The position numbers were made by a program, and so were the translations under genes. A stretch of 63,871 nucleotides of DNA, filler included, from Octopus bimaculoides (Eukaryota), in NCBI RefSeq assembly GCF_001194135.2. It is 7 parts of 7 records of this genome, joined end to end, with 100 filler letters (N's around TTAATTAATTAA, not from the genome) between each part and the next. Parts side by side here need not be neighbours in the genome. Positions count along the whole stretch, not along the records: positions 1 to 18,941 come from NC_068987.1; 6 more parts are not named here. One strand, written 5' to 3'. The notes under the pieces are model-generated. The model saw only the letters and a program-made list of their open reading frames with translations. It had not been told where the DNA came from and made no database searches. Below, in pieces: positions 1 to 14,626 of the stretch. The first letter of the stretch is position 1, and the number at the start of each line of letters is the position of its first letter.

Positions 1-36
<36 letters not shown>
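1..36. repeat. (GT)n microsatellite
   Basis: Pure GT run at the window start. Confidence 0.95.
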
Positions 37-138
37 TAGCTTGTATAAAAGGAAAAGAAAGAGCTATGTTATTCAGAAATAAATGTATCTTTTAAAATTC
101 CCAAAACTATCAACTAGATAATGGCTAGGAGATGAGAG

Positions 139-720
139 TTTACTTATGTAGCTGCCTTCAGCTGCCTCAAGACATCTGAGAAGTGTGGTGTATGCGTTTC
201 ACATAGTGTCCCCGTGAGTAACTTCGAAAAGCTGATTGATCTTGGTTACCAGTTCAACCATGGTGTTGCAGGAAGAGCGATTGGTGTCTTTCCAAACTCC
301 GATCCACATATATTAATCCTCAATATTGCAATCGGTGGAATTTGAAGGCCAGAAATTGGGGCTGATGAAGTCTTAGAAATTTTCCAACAACTACTTCTGA
401 TTATTTCTAGAGATATGGGAAGGAGACGTATCCTGCATCCAGACATATGGCCTGCCAGTAGCAGCTTTCTGCAGGTTGTGTGTGACCACAGCCTGCAGCA
501 GCATCACATAGTCATACGAAATGAATCTAAGGCCCTGTTCGTCAGTTGTTCGGCAAATTCCAGTGTGTGGACGCTGTCAGAACGTCTGCTGTATCCCTTC
601 CTGCAGGCCACGGCTTCGAAGTCTTCGTTGAAGCTGTCCATGCCATATATTGTTGAATAGAATAAGAAGTAAAAGTTGTGCTCTTTTGTAAAGATTAGTG
701 GCCCAGCACATGTGAAAGTC
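139..720 (-). mobile_element. Decayed, internally deleted Tc1/mariner transposase of the DD37D (maT) type
   Basis: Minus-strand frame not in the ORF track: YDYVMLLQAVVTHNLQKAATGRPYVWMQDTSPSHISRNNQK*LLENF*DFISPNFWPSNSTDCNIED*YMWIGVWKDTNRSSCNTMVELV. This matches the QDxAPxH...WPPxSPDxNPLDY motifs. The Asp codons at 430-432 and 316-318 are 38 codons apart (37-residue spacer). An N-terminal-like piece (MDSFNEDFEAVACRK..., ATG at 641) abuts it in another frame. It has several stops, and no TIRs were resolved. Confidence 0.85.
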
Positions 721-1956
721 TCTTCGAAAATTGGGGAAAAGTACACCTATGGAGAACTTATGAGAAACGAACAGGTCTTATATCGAAGCTATAGTTTTCC
801 ATTTGTTTCTAAGATCATGGGTGTTCTGGGTTACGTAATAACTGATCTAGAAATGCTTGGGTTTTCCACAAAAGTACTGAATAGACCGATTCGCATTCTC
901 CATATATAATCTATGAAAAAGTCAGAAAATTGTTAAACTTTTCAGAGATTTTCTATTCGAATTGTCTCTGTGGGTATATGCACTCAGTCCTGTATACATA
1001 CAGAATGCATATAGGCACATGCATAATGTACGATTGTGTCCTAATATAATACGAACGTCGGCGAACAACACACGCACCAAATTATATATGAGGCATTCCA
1101 GATAACCACAAACCTAGGAGCTGTCTTGAAACAAAGAACCTTGTTAGTGACTGGCTGTAATATTGCAAAGATTTAAAATCAATCCGGAAAAAACAAACCA
1201 TAACTGTTCATCTTAGCCTATGTTTTTTGCTGCTTTTCATCTTCCCTCACTTATATTTTTACCGTTCAAACTTGTCCTTTATTTCAAACCCATTTTTCTA
1301 AACTGTTTCTCATCCTCAACCTGCGTTTTGCGTTCTTGTCCACAATAAATCTCTCTCCTTCTTTCTCTCTCCCGCCACTCTCTCTTGTATATTATTTTAC
1401 ACCTCTTCATCATCATACGCTGTCAGAGAATTCAACAACGATAACATTCTTTTACTATGGAAGAGTAGAAATGGTTGCGATCGAAGAGAGAGGACGTTGT
1501 GAATGAAATTTCATGATTTAAGAACCGAGAGAGAAAGCGGGAAAGAGAGAGAGGGGCAGAGAGAGAGATAGTTGGAGGAGAGGGAAGTATCAATCTTGTT
1601 GCATGACTGATTCGACCCGGTTGGACGAAAAGCGAAGTCGGCCTCACAGGCATATGTGCTCAGGACGTGAAGGCCCTACAATTATTATGAATATATNNNN
1701 NNNNNNNNNNNNNNNNNNNNNNNNNNNNNNNNNNNNNNNNNNNNNNNNNNNNNNNNNNNNNNNNNNNNNNNNNNNNNNNNNNNNNNNNNNNNNNNNNNNN
1801 NNNNNNNNNNNNNNNNNNNNNNNNNNNNNNNNNNNNNNNNNNNNNNNNNNNNNNNNNNNNNNNNNNNNNNNNNNNNNNNNNNNNNNNNNNNNNNNNNNNN
1901 NNNNNNNNNNNNNNNNNNNNNNNNNNNNNNNNNNNNNNNNNNNNNNNNNNNNNNNN

Positions 1957-2025
<69 letters not shown>

Positions 2026-4016
2026 ACACTCATACATTTCTGCCTGCATGAACTTATGTACGTGTGCACGTATGCATACACGCATATATACACAATTCTG
2101 TGTTCCACTTTCATAAGCCTCCAGTCGTTGCTCCCATGCACACCTACTGACATAAATTGCATACACATACACCACAGACTGTGTAATATACGGATTATTT
2201 CACCTTATTTATTGACTGATTGTCCGGCTGATTGATTGGTGTTGTTGTTGTTTAATTAAGCAGTCATGTTTGTGCAAGCCTGTAGGCTGCTAGCGACTAC
2301 CAATTATTAACAGACTAAAATTACGCCATTACTATAAAACTGGCTTCATTCACACACAAATACATACACAATATATATATACATATAATATTACATATGC
2401 ATACAAATATACGTACATTTGTATGCATATGTGTGTGTGTTTGTCTCTTTATGTATATATATACATGTATTATGTATGTATACATACGTATTGAAACAGA
2501 CGTAACCATATGTATGTACACCCACACACAAGCAAACAGGTACATATTTTACCCTGAATTTTTATTATATATATACATATGTATATATTCGTAGATATGT
2601 ATACAAGCACATGCGTTTGCATTCATGTATGTTGATACACTATCCCTACATATGCGTATCTTTATACATGCATGAACATATAGATATGTATACTCACACG
2701 TATACATGCGTACATGTATACTTATATATTGGTTCATACACTAACATATACATGCAGAATAGGTATGCTATATGTGTTTAAATTTGGGAGGTTGTGCATT
2801 TTATATCAAAGATATTAACAGTTTGGATTACATGTCCAGGATGGGATAGCGTAAATATCGCCTCGCACTGACCACCTGAAGTTGTCTATAGTAGTTTAAA
2901 TTGTCAGAAATATCATTGTAAGCTAAACACAAATCGCTCCGTTCCATCTGAGGGTACAATTGTTCCAGGGGAAATTACTGGTATTTTGCATCTCCAAAAA
3001 GCAATGCAGAAAACTAATACACTGTATTTTATACAATGAGAAAAATATATTTATCTTTCGTGTAAAAAGATTTTTTGGGGATAAATGCAAAATGCTAATT
3101 GATAATATTTCGACTTCCCTTTTACTTAATAGAAAATGTTCAATGAGTCAATTAAGAAACTTCCAACTGTTAGTTAGACATGCTGGAAAAAGCAGATAAA
3201 TTTCCCTCAAATTACACACCGCCGTCTTAAAACAGGAAAAGACATGAGATAATGCCGTTATACATATCAGCAGACATACGGTATATGGACTGATGATATG
3301 CCGTTAATGATAGGTGCATTTTATTAGGATGAATTGGAGGATAAATAAATAAATATATCATTCACTGGAGGATAAATAAACGTCAAGAATAACAATAACA
3401 AAACTCATATAATGTAATTCAACAATGCAAGCCTGAACGAATTTCTTATGCATGAAACTTCAAGCAGTTCTATATGTGTGTGTTTGTCTGTGTAAATGTG
3501 TGCAGAATAGATAAGCCTATATACAAATGTTTGAGTGCGTGTGAGAGAATGTTTGCTCATTTATGTTCTATAGGCTTCGTGGAAGTAACCGTAATATTTC
3601 ATTTGAAGAAAGAAAACAGCCTAGAATGTTAATTAATAAATAAATTAATTAATTAAATGGTTTTCATTGCACTAATTAAACTGCCCTTTCTTCTTCCAGC
3701 TCCTCACCTTTTCAAACATTCACCTTCTCTCACACTTTTAATGAAGTTAACTTAACAATTATAATTAGCGTTTGGCTATAACTAGTAACATATACGATCA
3801 AGTCATATGGATATCATCAATGTACAATGACCAGTTATGAAGTAGGTCGCATTATATCAATATGTAATTGTAAATCTCTGGGTAATTTAACTGTCTTCGT
3901 AGCTGAAATTAATTATTTGAAACGCCTTACTTGTTAAATTTATTTACATATTAGACAGTTTAGTCTCATAACATCAACATCATGGCATCACGGTAAACAC
4001 TTTGAACTCAAACAAA

Positions 4017-4018
<2 letters not shown>

Positions 4019-4082
<64 letters not shown>

Positions 4083-4238
4083 ACACACACAGATATATAT
4101 TGCTATGTCGATAATATTAATTGCTCAGTTGTGAGCACCTGAAGAAAACCGTCATTGAGAATTGTTATCTTGTTTATAATTATGTATATTTTATATATAT
4201 ATATATATATATATTATATAGAGAGAGAGAGAGAGAGA

Positions 4239-4336
<98 letters not shown>

Positions 4337-4355
4337 TAAACAGATAGATAGATAG
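4019..4355. repeat. Compound (TC)n/(TA)n/(GA)n/(GT)n/(GATA)n microsatellite cluster
   Basis: Directly visible runs with short unique spacers. Confidence 0.9.
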
Positions 4356-4356
4356 A

Positions 4357-4505
4357 TTTCGTTTTGGGATTTGGTTTGCAAGATTCATTATGTGAGTTCA
4401 TGTGTTGAAGCATATTCTGCTGTTTCTGGGGAGAGTCATTCTCCTTTAGTGCCTTATAATTTAACACTCTCACCGGTAAAATTTCCACTCATTTACGTAT
4501 TTATT
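4357..4505 (+). repeat. Unclassified dispersed repeat, copy 1 (homologous to 21985-22130)
   Basis: tttgcaagattc.ttatgtgagttc.tgtgttgaagc.tattctg...caccggtaaaatttcca.tcattta is shared with the 22 kb copy. Confidence 0.8.
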
Positions 4506-6016
4506 TTTCTAAAATTTTCGTTGCGTCTTGCAACCTTTTCAGTGGTTTTTAACTCTCTAAAACTATTGACCTGACTAAAATTCTTGTAACAGTGTAGAAT
4601 TTACTAAAGACACGCAAAGAACCTATGGTTGTATTAAGAACCGAGGTGCGGATTGAGTCTATTTCCCATGTAGATCACAGAATGCAAAAAGCTGGAACAA
4701 ATGTTGCGAAGTTTCTGGTACAACGCTTTGTAGAGTCTCACCTATTCAGTACTGTTCTGGATCGACACTGACGACGGTGACATATTGGTTTATTTTTGTT
4801 TGCCTACAGGTCAATATCGATGGAGCAGATATATATATATGCCAATGAATTCCAGCTATGTTCCCTATCCTGCGTAAAACATGCTTACTGCTGAGGTTTA
4901 ACTCGGATGAAACATGCTCATTTCTTTCATCAATTAACTGTAAAGCCTCAACACCAATCTGCATTATCCATCTTGTCGAAAAATTTCACTCAACTGAAAT
5001 TTATTAGAGTTTTATACACATATATACGTGTGTGTGTATATCTTGATGACTGCTATAAAGCAGGAAAGTATACTAGTCCTTATATATGTAATGTCCTTAT
5101 ATATTTAATGCTCAATATTTCATTTATTCAATAAGACATTCAATACTTCATTTCATTTTATTATTTATATTATATATTCCATATCCCACATTAATTTTAT
5201 AAGAGTATAAATTAAACATAAAAAAACAGAGCTGGAACTCTTTTAAATAATATGTTCCTCTATACATTATCATACAAACCCCTTTATATATATNNNNNNN
5301 NNNNNNNNNNNNNNNNNNNNNNNNNNNNNNNNNNNNNNNNNNNNNNNNNNNNNNNNNNNNNNNNNNNNNNNNNNNNNNNNNNNNNNNNNNNNNNNNNNNN
5401 NNNNNNNNNNNNNNNNNNNNNNNNNNNNNNNNNNNNNNNNNNNNNNNNNNNNNNNNNNNNNNNNNNNNNNNNNNNNNNNNNNNNNNNNNNNNNNNNNNNN
5501 NNNNNNNNNNNNNNNNNNNNNNNNNNNNNNNNNNNNNNNNNNNNNNNNNNNNNNNNNNNNNNNNNNNNNNNNNNNNNNNNNNNNNNNNNNNNNNNNNNNN
5601 NNNNNNNNNNNNNNNNNNNNNNNNNNNNNNNNNNNNNNNNNNNTATATATATATATATATATATATATATGGATATAATGTTCACACAGGCAGTCTTTCT
5701 CGTTTCAATCATTGTTTCTTCTTTTGCTATCTTTCTTTCTTTTCTTCTAGCCCCACTTCACTATCATTTATTTTACTCAGTATTTTTTATATTTTTCTTT
5801 TTATTTTCATATGTTATTTTCTCTTTATGTTCTTCCCTTTTAATTCAACTTCTTTTCGTTCTTCACTTGAATTCCCATTTTTAGCAAAAGCACGTTTTAT
5901 GAAGTCGACTGGAAGCCAATCTACTTTTTTTCTTTCTTTATTTATAGTTCTATTATTTTTCGATTTCTCCTTCTACCCATAACACCCACCCTTACTTTTT
6001 ACCGTCCTCACTAAAG

Positions 6017-6068
<52 letters not shown>

Positions 6069-6551
6069 AAAGGAAGTTGTAATAAAAGCAGAATACTATC
6101 AAGAGGACACACAAACAGATTAGAAAACGAAGATGTTATAAGAGAGAGAGTTGTGTCTCTGATTCAACAACGACACAGACCACCCGACTAGTTTAAACTA
6201 AGGGGTGGCCGTAGAAACTAGGTGAACAATTGTTACCGATCGCGGTTCGGTCTTATACAACAGAAGGTTGAGTGACGTGAGCAAAGAACGGCTAAGGGTC
6301 AAACCCACCTACTCACTCTTACCATTGTTGTTAATGTAACCGAACACTTCGCACTTACCATCAGCTAGCCTTTATTTAGAAAGGTGCCTTTAAGTGTGTA
6401 CCTTTGTGCAATAGCGTATTCGTATGTAAGTATGTATGTATATGTTAGCGTATATAGGTATACATGAGCGTATTTATATATACGTGGATCTATGATTTAT
6501 GTGTGTATGTGTGTATATATGTACATATTTAAAGTATGCACGTACACGCAC

Positions 6552-6589
<38 letters not shown>

Positions 6590-9500
6590 GCACACGAAGT
6601 TGTATGTGTATGTATATACGTATGTATGCGTGGATGGATGGAAATAGATAGACTGGAGAGGCCGGGTGGACTGATGGACGCTTGTGAAGTTACTTTGTGG
6701 AAGTGATAAGAGAAGAATCAACCAAGCGTGAAAATATTATTCATGCGTAGTTTTTCAAACAGTAATCTGCCACGTTTTGTGTGACGAATTCTAACGATGC
6801 GTGCATAGAGTGTACATTTCTCTGTTAGCTATTTGATTGGGTTATATATTTATACCAACAATATGGCGGACGCCAAATACCTCAAGGGAGCTTTCTGCAG
6901 ATATGATAGCGACTCACATATGCAATATAGTGAGCTGAAAAACGTAGCCAGAGATTATCCTGGCAATTAGTAGGAATACATCCCTCTAGGTTTGTTTAAA
7001 ATCGCGAAGAAAAACTATGTAATATAGAGAACAAGAGGCAAGGGTGTTAACTCCAATACTATCAGTTCGAAACCTTTTGACAATACAGACAGTGCTGATT
7101 GGAATGAATATACAATTTAAAGTCAATTAGTAAGACATGTTTTAGTCTTATTAGACCTCTACATCGAAACGTAGTCAGTCCAGATTTTAAGAGTAAGACA
7201 TTAACAGNNNNNNNNNNNNNNNNNNNNNNNNNNNNNNNNNNNNNNNNNNNNNNNNNNNNNNNNNNNNNNNNNNNNNNNNNNNNNNNNNNNNNNNNNNNNN
7301 NNNNNNNNNNNNNNNNNNNNNNNNNNNNNNNNNNNNNNNNNNNNNNNNNNNNNNNNNNNNNNNNNNNNNNNNNNNNNNNNNNNNNNNNNNNNNNNNNNNN
7401 NNNNNNNNNNNNNNNNNNNNNNNNNNNNNNNNNNNNNNNNNNNNNNNNNNNNNNNNNNNNNNNNNNNNNNNNNNNNNNNNNNNNNNNNNNNNNNNNNNNN
7501 NNNNNNNNNNNNNNNNNNNNNNNNNNNNNNNNNNNNNNNNNNNNNNNNNNNNNNNNNNNNNNNNNNNNNNNNNNNNNNNNNNNNNNNNNNNNNNNNNNNN
7601 NNNNNNNNNNNNNNNNNNNNNNNNNNNNNNNNNNNNNNNNNNNNNNNNNNNNNNNNNNNNNNNNNNNNNNNNNNNNNNNNNNNNNNNNNNNNNNNNNNNN
7701 NNNNNNNNNNNNNNNNNNNNNNNNNNNNNNNNNNNNNNNNNNNNNNNNNNNNNNNNNNNNNNNNNNNNNNNNNNNNNNNNNNNNNNNNNNNNNNNNNNNN
7801 NNNNNNNNNNNNNNNNNNNNNNNNNNTCTCTCTCTCTCTCTCTCTTTCTCCTTCTCTATCTCTCTCTCTCTCTCTACATATATATATATATATATATATA
7901 TATGACCATGAGTGCAATGAAAAACAACACAAAATGGACAAGTTCTCACAAATGTATCAGTTTAAGGCTCTCGAAAAGACAAAATGTTCCGGACGTTAGT
8001 CCTTCACCAAAAAAATAAAACTGAAGAGGCAACTGAATTACCTACTCCCTATGTGAACACAGATTGGTTGGGTATCCCGCTGACAATTCTTTTTGAATTC
8101 TCTTTGAATTACAGGAACAAAATATCCGATGGTATTCAACAGCTACTATTTACGAAATTTCGTTCACAAACTTTGGTGCACGGGACGCTACTATAGAATA
8201 TACTGACTCAAACTTCAGAAATACTTGGTTGCGAAACGAACTTCATAACCCCATAGCCACGCAAGGTCCTCTTCAAGCAACATGCGTCATAAATTGTTAA
8301 ACGTCTGGTCCTTCGATATGCTTTTGATAAATGTTGATTCGAACCATTTAAAGCAAGAAACACAGCGTGGTGGTAATGGTAGTGGTGGCAGTGTGAATGC
8401 TTGTGTGATAGTGTATCACTTGCTGTATAGATTCAACATATTGTTGAAGTATACTGGTTTATTTCAACGCGGCACAATGGCCTAATTTTTCCATAAAATC
8501 AAAAACAAAATCCTTATTTACCACATAGTTTTAAGATTTGCGGAAGACATAGACGAAGTATATGTTTTGAATTGTTTTCAACCAAAATGCAGAATCGCCT
8601 CGCAGTCATGTCTCACACGGAAGTTGTTTTAAGACACTCGCTACCTATTTTACAAAGATATCGATTTCTTTTGTTAAATTATTGATATCGTTTTAGCTAC
8701 TTGTCTCAAAGACATTGCCTCGACTGTTAAAACAGACTAAAATAAATAAATAAAAAGAAGTTTAGTAATTCAGACATTTCAACTACACGCAAGAACCATT
8801 TTGTGAGACAAGGATGAAGGTTGATACTTCCAACCCTTTACTTTGTTGGCACTTATGTATTTTTATGATCAAAATGTGTATGAAGAGTGAAGTTAACTCC
8901 AGCGTGATTTGAACTCCGAAGTAATAGTCCGAAATTGAATATTGTTTGGCATCAAATTCAGTGCTGTATCGTCCATAATACCAGACTGCCCCACCCCAGT
9001 TGTATAGTAAATTAAGCCTCAAGATATAAACAAACACTTTTGGGGTTCGAACTAAAAAGAAAAATAGACATAATTGCAGCAAAGATAAAAGTAGGATTTT
9101 TAAATCAGCCATAAAATTAGAGGATTCACTAATATTTAACCACCAACTACTTTTCAGGTGATTTTTCACACTGCATATATTTTCTTTCAAAATCTTCCGA
9201 ATTATCCGAAACGCTATTATTATGCATTATATACACACGTACTTATATGCATGCAAACGTGTATAGTTAGCTGATATATATATATGCATACATATATTAA
9301 TACGAAAAACACATGCTTATTTCGCATGTGATCTGGTCAAAAAATCGCAGGCATGAAAGGTAGTAGAAGTCAGAAGGCAGGTCGGAATAAATGAAGTGTC
9401 TTTCTTGGTTTATCATCAACTGGTGACTCATTTCTGGGGAGTAAGTAGTTTAGAAAATTAATATAATCATCTCTGATCTTGTCTTGTTCTGATTTAGTAC

Positions 9501-10920
9501 AAAAGCAAATATTTTTGAGTTGTCCCCCTTAAATAATAGATGGCGGGAAAGTCTAGTATAGTTAAGGCCTTTTACAATTGCAACAAGAAACAATGATCAA
9601 TAGAAAGTTGTCGGATAATATCCACTGATCCTATGGACTTGTTAATAATTTCTTACTCATTTAGAAGGATACGAAATTGCCTATGTGCTTAAGATAAATC
9701 TAACGTTACTAGGAACGGGAGAAAGAAGTGTCGCCTGGTTTCATACAGACCGTTATTCAAACATGAAACATCAAAAAGCTGTGCGAATGCCGAGAATCAC
9801 TAGCAGAAGAGATAATGAAGGCCTTTACTTCCACTCTTTGAAACCAATTAAGAAAATATGAACCGTTATTCGTTATTCTAGCAAATGATGCGACAACCAG
9901 TCTGTCTAATATCTGCTATTTATCTCTCTCATCCCCTACCTACTCTCTCACTCACTCTCTCGTTCTGTCTGTCTTTCTCTGCTACAACTGAAAATTGATT
10001 AGACACAGCTAATGTGAGAACTGAATGAGTTAACAACATACACTAAAACGCATCCATCTTCTCTTATTGTGCACGCTGTCCAGTCGTAAGATTTCCACTA
10101 TTCCAAATGACGCAGAAAATAAAACTTCTTCTTTCGTTTTCCCTTTTGCTCTTTCTGTCTATGTTTGCTTTTTCAAATTTCTTTTTTCTTTTTTTTCTTT
10201 TATTATTTTATTCCTTTCATTCTTCATCTTTTCTCTTTTCTTTTTCATTGTCCTTCAAAAAATCCTGATCATATTTCTTATTTCCCATCATTTTAATATA
10301 TTCTCTACCGCTCTGTACTTTGCTTGCATTGCTGCAAATATTTATTTGTTTATTTATTCGGTCTTTTGTTCTCTTTTATTTTATTTCATTTTATTTATTT
10401 TCTTCCCTTCTCAAGAAGGAAAATAACTACCGAATTAATGTATACGCCAGCCGCACCCCACAATACCTATCCTAGAAAATAATTACCGTAAAACAAAAAC
10501 CAACACAAATAAATCAGAAAACGAGAAAAAAAGCAATAGGACATGAAAGACAATCAGGATGGGAATAATTAAGCTGAAAAATAATATCTGTGTGTGAGTG
10601 AGAGGAGCTTTGCTCGTTTTATTCTAACTAAGACGACATTCTGTCCTGTTTCTTAATATAACAAACTACAAACTATGAAGAAAGGACTTTCAAAAATTCC
10701 TCTGAAAACTGTAAAAATCGCTTCAAACAATTTTTTTTAGACAATATATATATATATATGTAAAAATATACATTTATACACATACATCTCCATATATACG
10801 TACACATACATACACATGCATACACACATACGTGCATGCACATACACACTCATACAAATATACAAACAGACAAGATATATCCACTATATCTATATTTGTA
10901 GATAGATAGATAGATAGATT

Positions 10921-10957
<37 letters not shown>

Positions 10958-10997
10958 AGTGGATGCATGTTTGTATCTATGTGTGTTTGCACAGAAG

Positions 10998-11048
<51 letters not shown>

Positions 11049-11232
11049 TTTCTTGATTTCCGTGTAAATAAATATCAAATAAATAAAGATGAAAGGCAAG
11101 TTCTCAGAACAGTAGCCAAATTGGAAGGGAGAATGGATAGGGGAAGCGATAACGGGAAAAAGATACTTATATCAATAGTTTCTATCGTTTTCCCCATCTG
11201 TTATACTAAATCCTACAACATTAGTATTACTA

Positions 11233-11512
11233 CAGAGTATTCAAAACGTCTCTCCGCAGTAAGCATTTTATTGAAAAATAAATATTTATAAGATGGTATA
11301 AGACTACAAAAGAATATATTAGACTTTACAAAACTTTAAAGAAAAACTTTATAAGAGGTGTTGAAAGTGTCGTCCTTCATTTTCAATACATAAGTTGACT
11401 CTTCTACAGATGTTTTGAAATGCATCTTGGAGAGTCTGACTCTTGGAGTGTATGGCTTTGAGATAGTCAAGATGGCAAAAATTTACTGCGGAGAGACTTT
11501 TTGAAAACCCTG
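11233..11512. mobile_element. Tc1/mariner-type MITE (280 bp), TA target-site duplication
   Basis: Left end TA|CAGAGTATTCAAAACGTCTCTCCGCAGTAA; the reverse complement of the right end is TA|CAGGGTTTTCAAAAAGTCTCTCCGCAGTAA (about 30-bp imperfect TIR). TA lies at 11231-11232 and 11513-11514. No coding capacity. Confidence 0.85.
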
Positions 11513-12650
11513 TATATCAAAACTGAACACTTTATGCAGACACGGTTGTGTGGTTGCAACCATGTGGTATCAAGTTCAGTTCTGCTGCTTGGTAGCTGGG
11601 GCAGGTGCTTTCTGCTGCAACCACGGGCCGACCGATGCTTTATAAATGAATTTCGTTGAAGGAAACTGTATGGAAGCCTGTTTTATATATATTTGTGTGT
11701 ATGTCTATAGACATATTTGTTCCATGTATGTCTATAGACATTTTTGTTCTATCAAACTACTTGACCACAGGCGCTGGTTTGTTTACGTTGCAACGCTCAA
11801 ACCATTAAGCCATGTGTTTTCGCTAATAAAGCGATAGACTGGTGGAATTGCTATAATGTCAGTATCTGGATAGCTTTGGTGGCGCGAAAAGGAGATACTT
11901 ACATGACTAGTCTTCTATAACATTGGCTTGGTGTAAATTTGAAGTCACAGGAGACATGTAGACGTAAAAATGCGAGATAGTCACGGCTAGAATAGTTCAG
12001 ATTATAAGGCTGCACGAAATGGGCTTGACAACATAATTAGCGAAACATTTGAAGTAAGATGGTTTTTGAAGGAATCGAAACCGAGAATTTTAAAGAAAAT
12101 TGGAATCGATTCCTTTTTGATTAAGACCAAGACCACATCATTTGTAGTTATATTATGCTCGAATGATTTCACTATTTTATTGTTAATTAGCTTATCGATC
12201 ACTAAAGATCCAATATATTCAAAGCAGATATAGTATACACACAAACACCTGAGATCGAATCTCAGAAAAATCAAAACGATTTTTCGGAGCGAATATCGAT
12301 TCTGTAGCTATTTCTCCAAAACGCTGCCGGTGACTAGCGACAACACTGAGTATTTGCGTCTGTGGATTACTCAGCCATATATATAAATTTAGTAAGCAGG
12401 TAATTTACTTCAAGTCGAAACCGGTAGATGATCCAGTAGATCAGGTACTTACATTTATGTATGCATACATACTTATTCAAATATCCATATGGAGATACAT
12501 ATGTGTGTGTGTGTGTGTGTGTGTGCGTGTGTGTGTGTGTGTGCGTGTGTGTGTGTGTGTGTGTGTGNNNNNNNNNNNNNNNNNNNNNNNNNNNNNNNNN
12601 NNNNNNNNNNNNNNNNNNNNNNNNNNNNNNNNNNNNNNNNNNNNNNNNNN

Positions 12651-12690
<40 letters not shown>

Positions 12691-13248
12691 CAAGTAAAGA
12701 AACAAGAAATTATATTAGACAAAAGGAATAATTTATTTGGCTGCTTTTCTTAACGATTTTTACATTCATTTATATGATTATATTCTAATGAATTTTTCTG
12801 TTCACCGCATTAACACATCGTATTCCAAGCAATTTTATTTAATTTATTTGGTTTGTAATCTAAATTTTATACTGAATTCATAAAAATTATATATTGTATA
12901 AGATAGGTTTTACTTTACCGAGCATGAAATAAGTATATCATTCTTTCTGATGCTTGTATGTTATCGTGTCTTTGTGGCTGACCAGAAATTATAATCTGTC
13001 TATCAAAGTGTTATTCGTCCATCACCTATCTTCTTCCTTCTTTGATGAACTCAGGCAAACTGTTTAATATTAGCAATTTTCCGACAAAGCCTTGCAGTTC
13101 CCTTTTCTTTCTATCCTCCTTGTTTATTTTTTACCCTATCACTTCTCCTGTCAATCTCTTCTCTCTTTCTTTTCAATAAAATGGCATATTACATACAGAT
13201 GTCGCCAGCTTTCTCGTTGGGGAGCAAAGGTCATGCGACAATCACCAA

Positions 13249-13352
13249 CCGGAAGTGCAGATCACATGACTTGATCAAAGAATATCCTCACCAATTAGTT
13301 GGGAATGTCCCCCTTGTTCCAATTACGCTCCCCGTCCAATTGTTCAACCAAT
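13249..13352 (+). promoter_or_regulatory. Candidate cis-regulatory motif cluster (ETS, E-box, four CCAAT)
   Basis: CCGGAAGTG 13249-13257; TCACATGAC 13262-13270; CCAAT at 13291, 13319, 13336 and 13348. Motif match only. Confidence 0.25.
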
Positions 13353-14230
13353 TCAGGTGGAAGTAAAATTCTACTCATTATCAATATTAGGGCTGCTTGT
13401 TGGCTATGATCACTTTAGATGTTCACTGCATGTTTGTGCTGTGTCTCTGTAGAGTTAAGGGAATCAAGAACTGTAACGAAGGCTTGTTTCGTAATCTATA
13501 TGCCATATCTTGTTGACAGCTCACTGGCATGGACACACTTTCTCATGCCCTTTACCAACGAACCATCCTCTCAGAAATGCAGGTTTAATGAACAGAGTAG
13601 AATACACTTTTTTTAAAAAACAAGAAAGACAGATAAAGAAAGATATTGCGAGAGAGTACTAATGTGAGAGTGAGAGACAAAATGGAATGAGAAATAAAAA
13701 AATCCATAAAAATATGAGATAAAGGATACAAACAAAAACTAGTTTTAAAATACAGAAAAACAAATATAAAGAGATATTATTAATATCTTTTTTTTTTTTT
13801 TGTTTTAGAGAAAAAATATAATGAATGGGAAAGAAACAAAGGAATAACAGAGACAGTATTTTTGGTTAAGCAATACATAATACAGACGAGCATTTCATAT
13901 GAAACAACAAAATTATCTGCATAGTGTGTGAAAGTTTTTTTGTTAATTTGTGTGTGTGTGTGAATGTGCGCGCGTGTATGAAATGTGCATATGTGTACGT
14001 TTGTCTAGCACATGTGAATATACGTTTACATGTGCGATGCATGGATGTTTTTATTTTAAAAATGTTTCTGATATTTTTTTCTCTACTCTTTTATTTAAAT
14101 TTCAGGTGATAAATATATGAAATAATAATTCTAAATTACATGCTTGTTAGTACGTAACATAATAATGTTCAAACACACACATACACACATGATAAACATG
14201 AGTATTCACACTATGTGTTATTTCGCATAA

Positions 14231-14232
<2 letters not shown>

Positions 14233-14308
<76 letters not shown>
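14233..14308. repeat. (TA)n microsatellite
   Basis: Pure TA run. Confidence 0.95.
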
Positions 14309-14311
<3 letters not shown>

Positions 14312-14411
14312 ATATATAATCATTTTGGTAAAGTGTCGGTAAAACAATTATAATATTGTGCTATAAAATGTGTTGCTCTGTCCATTCTTCCTATTTGTTT
14401 GTTTCTTTGTT

Positions 14412-14460
<49 letters not shown>

Positions 14461-14626
14461 TACGCGCACAGATGTGTGTGTGTGTGTATATATATGCATA
14501 TAAACGTATGCACACACACACACACATATATACATGAACAGATATATATATATTGATAGAAAGGACAACAAAAGAAAGAAAGAGACCTTGATATTATGTA
14601 AATAGAGGAATTTATCTGTAAATTGG

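Noticed and set aside
7140-7207. CGAAACGTAGTCAG, resembling a hammerhead 3' half
   Set aside because: No CUGANGA or stem I partner upstream.
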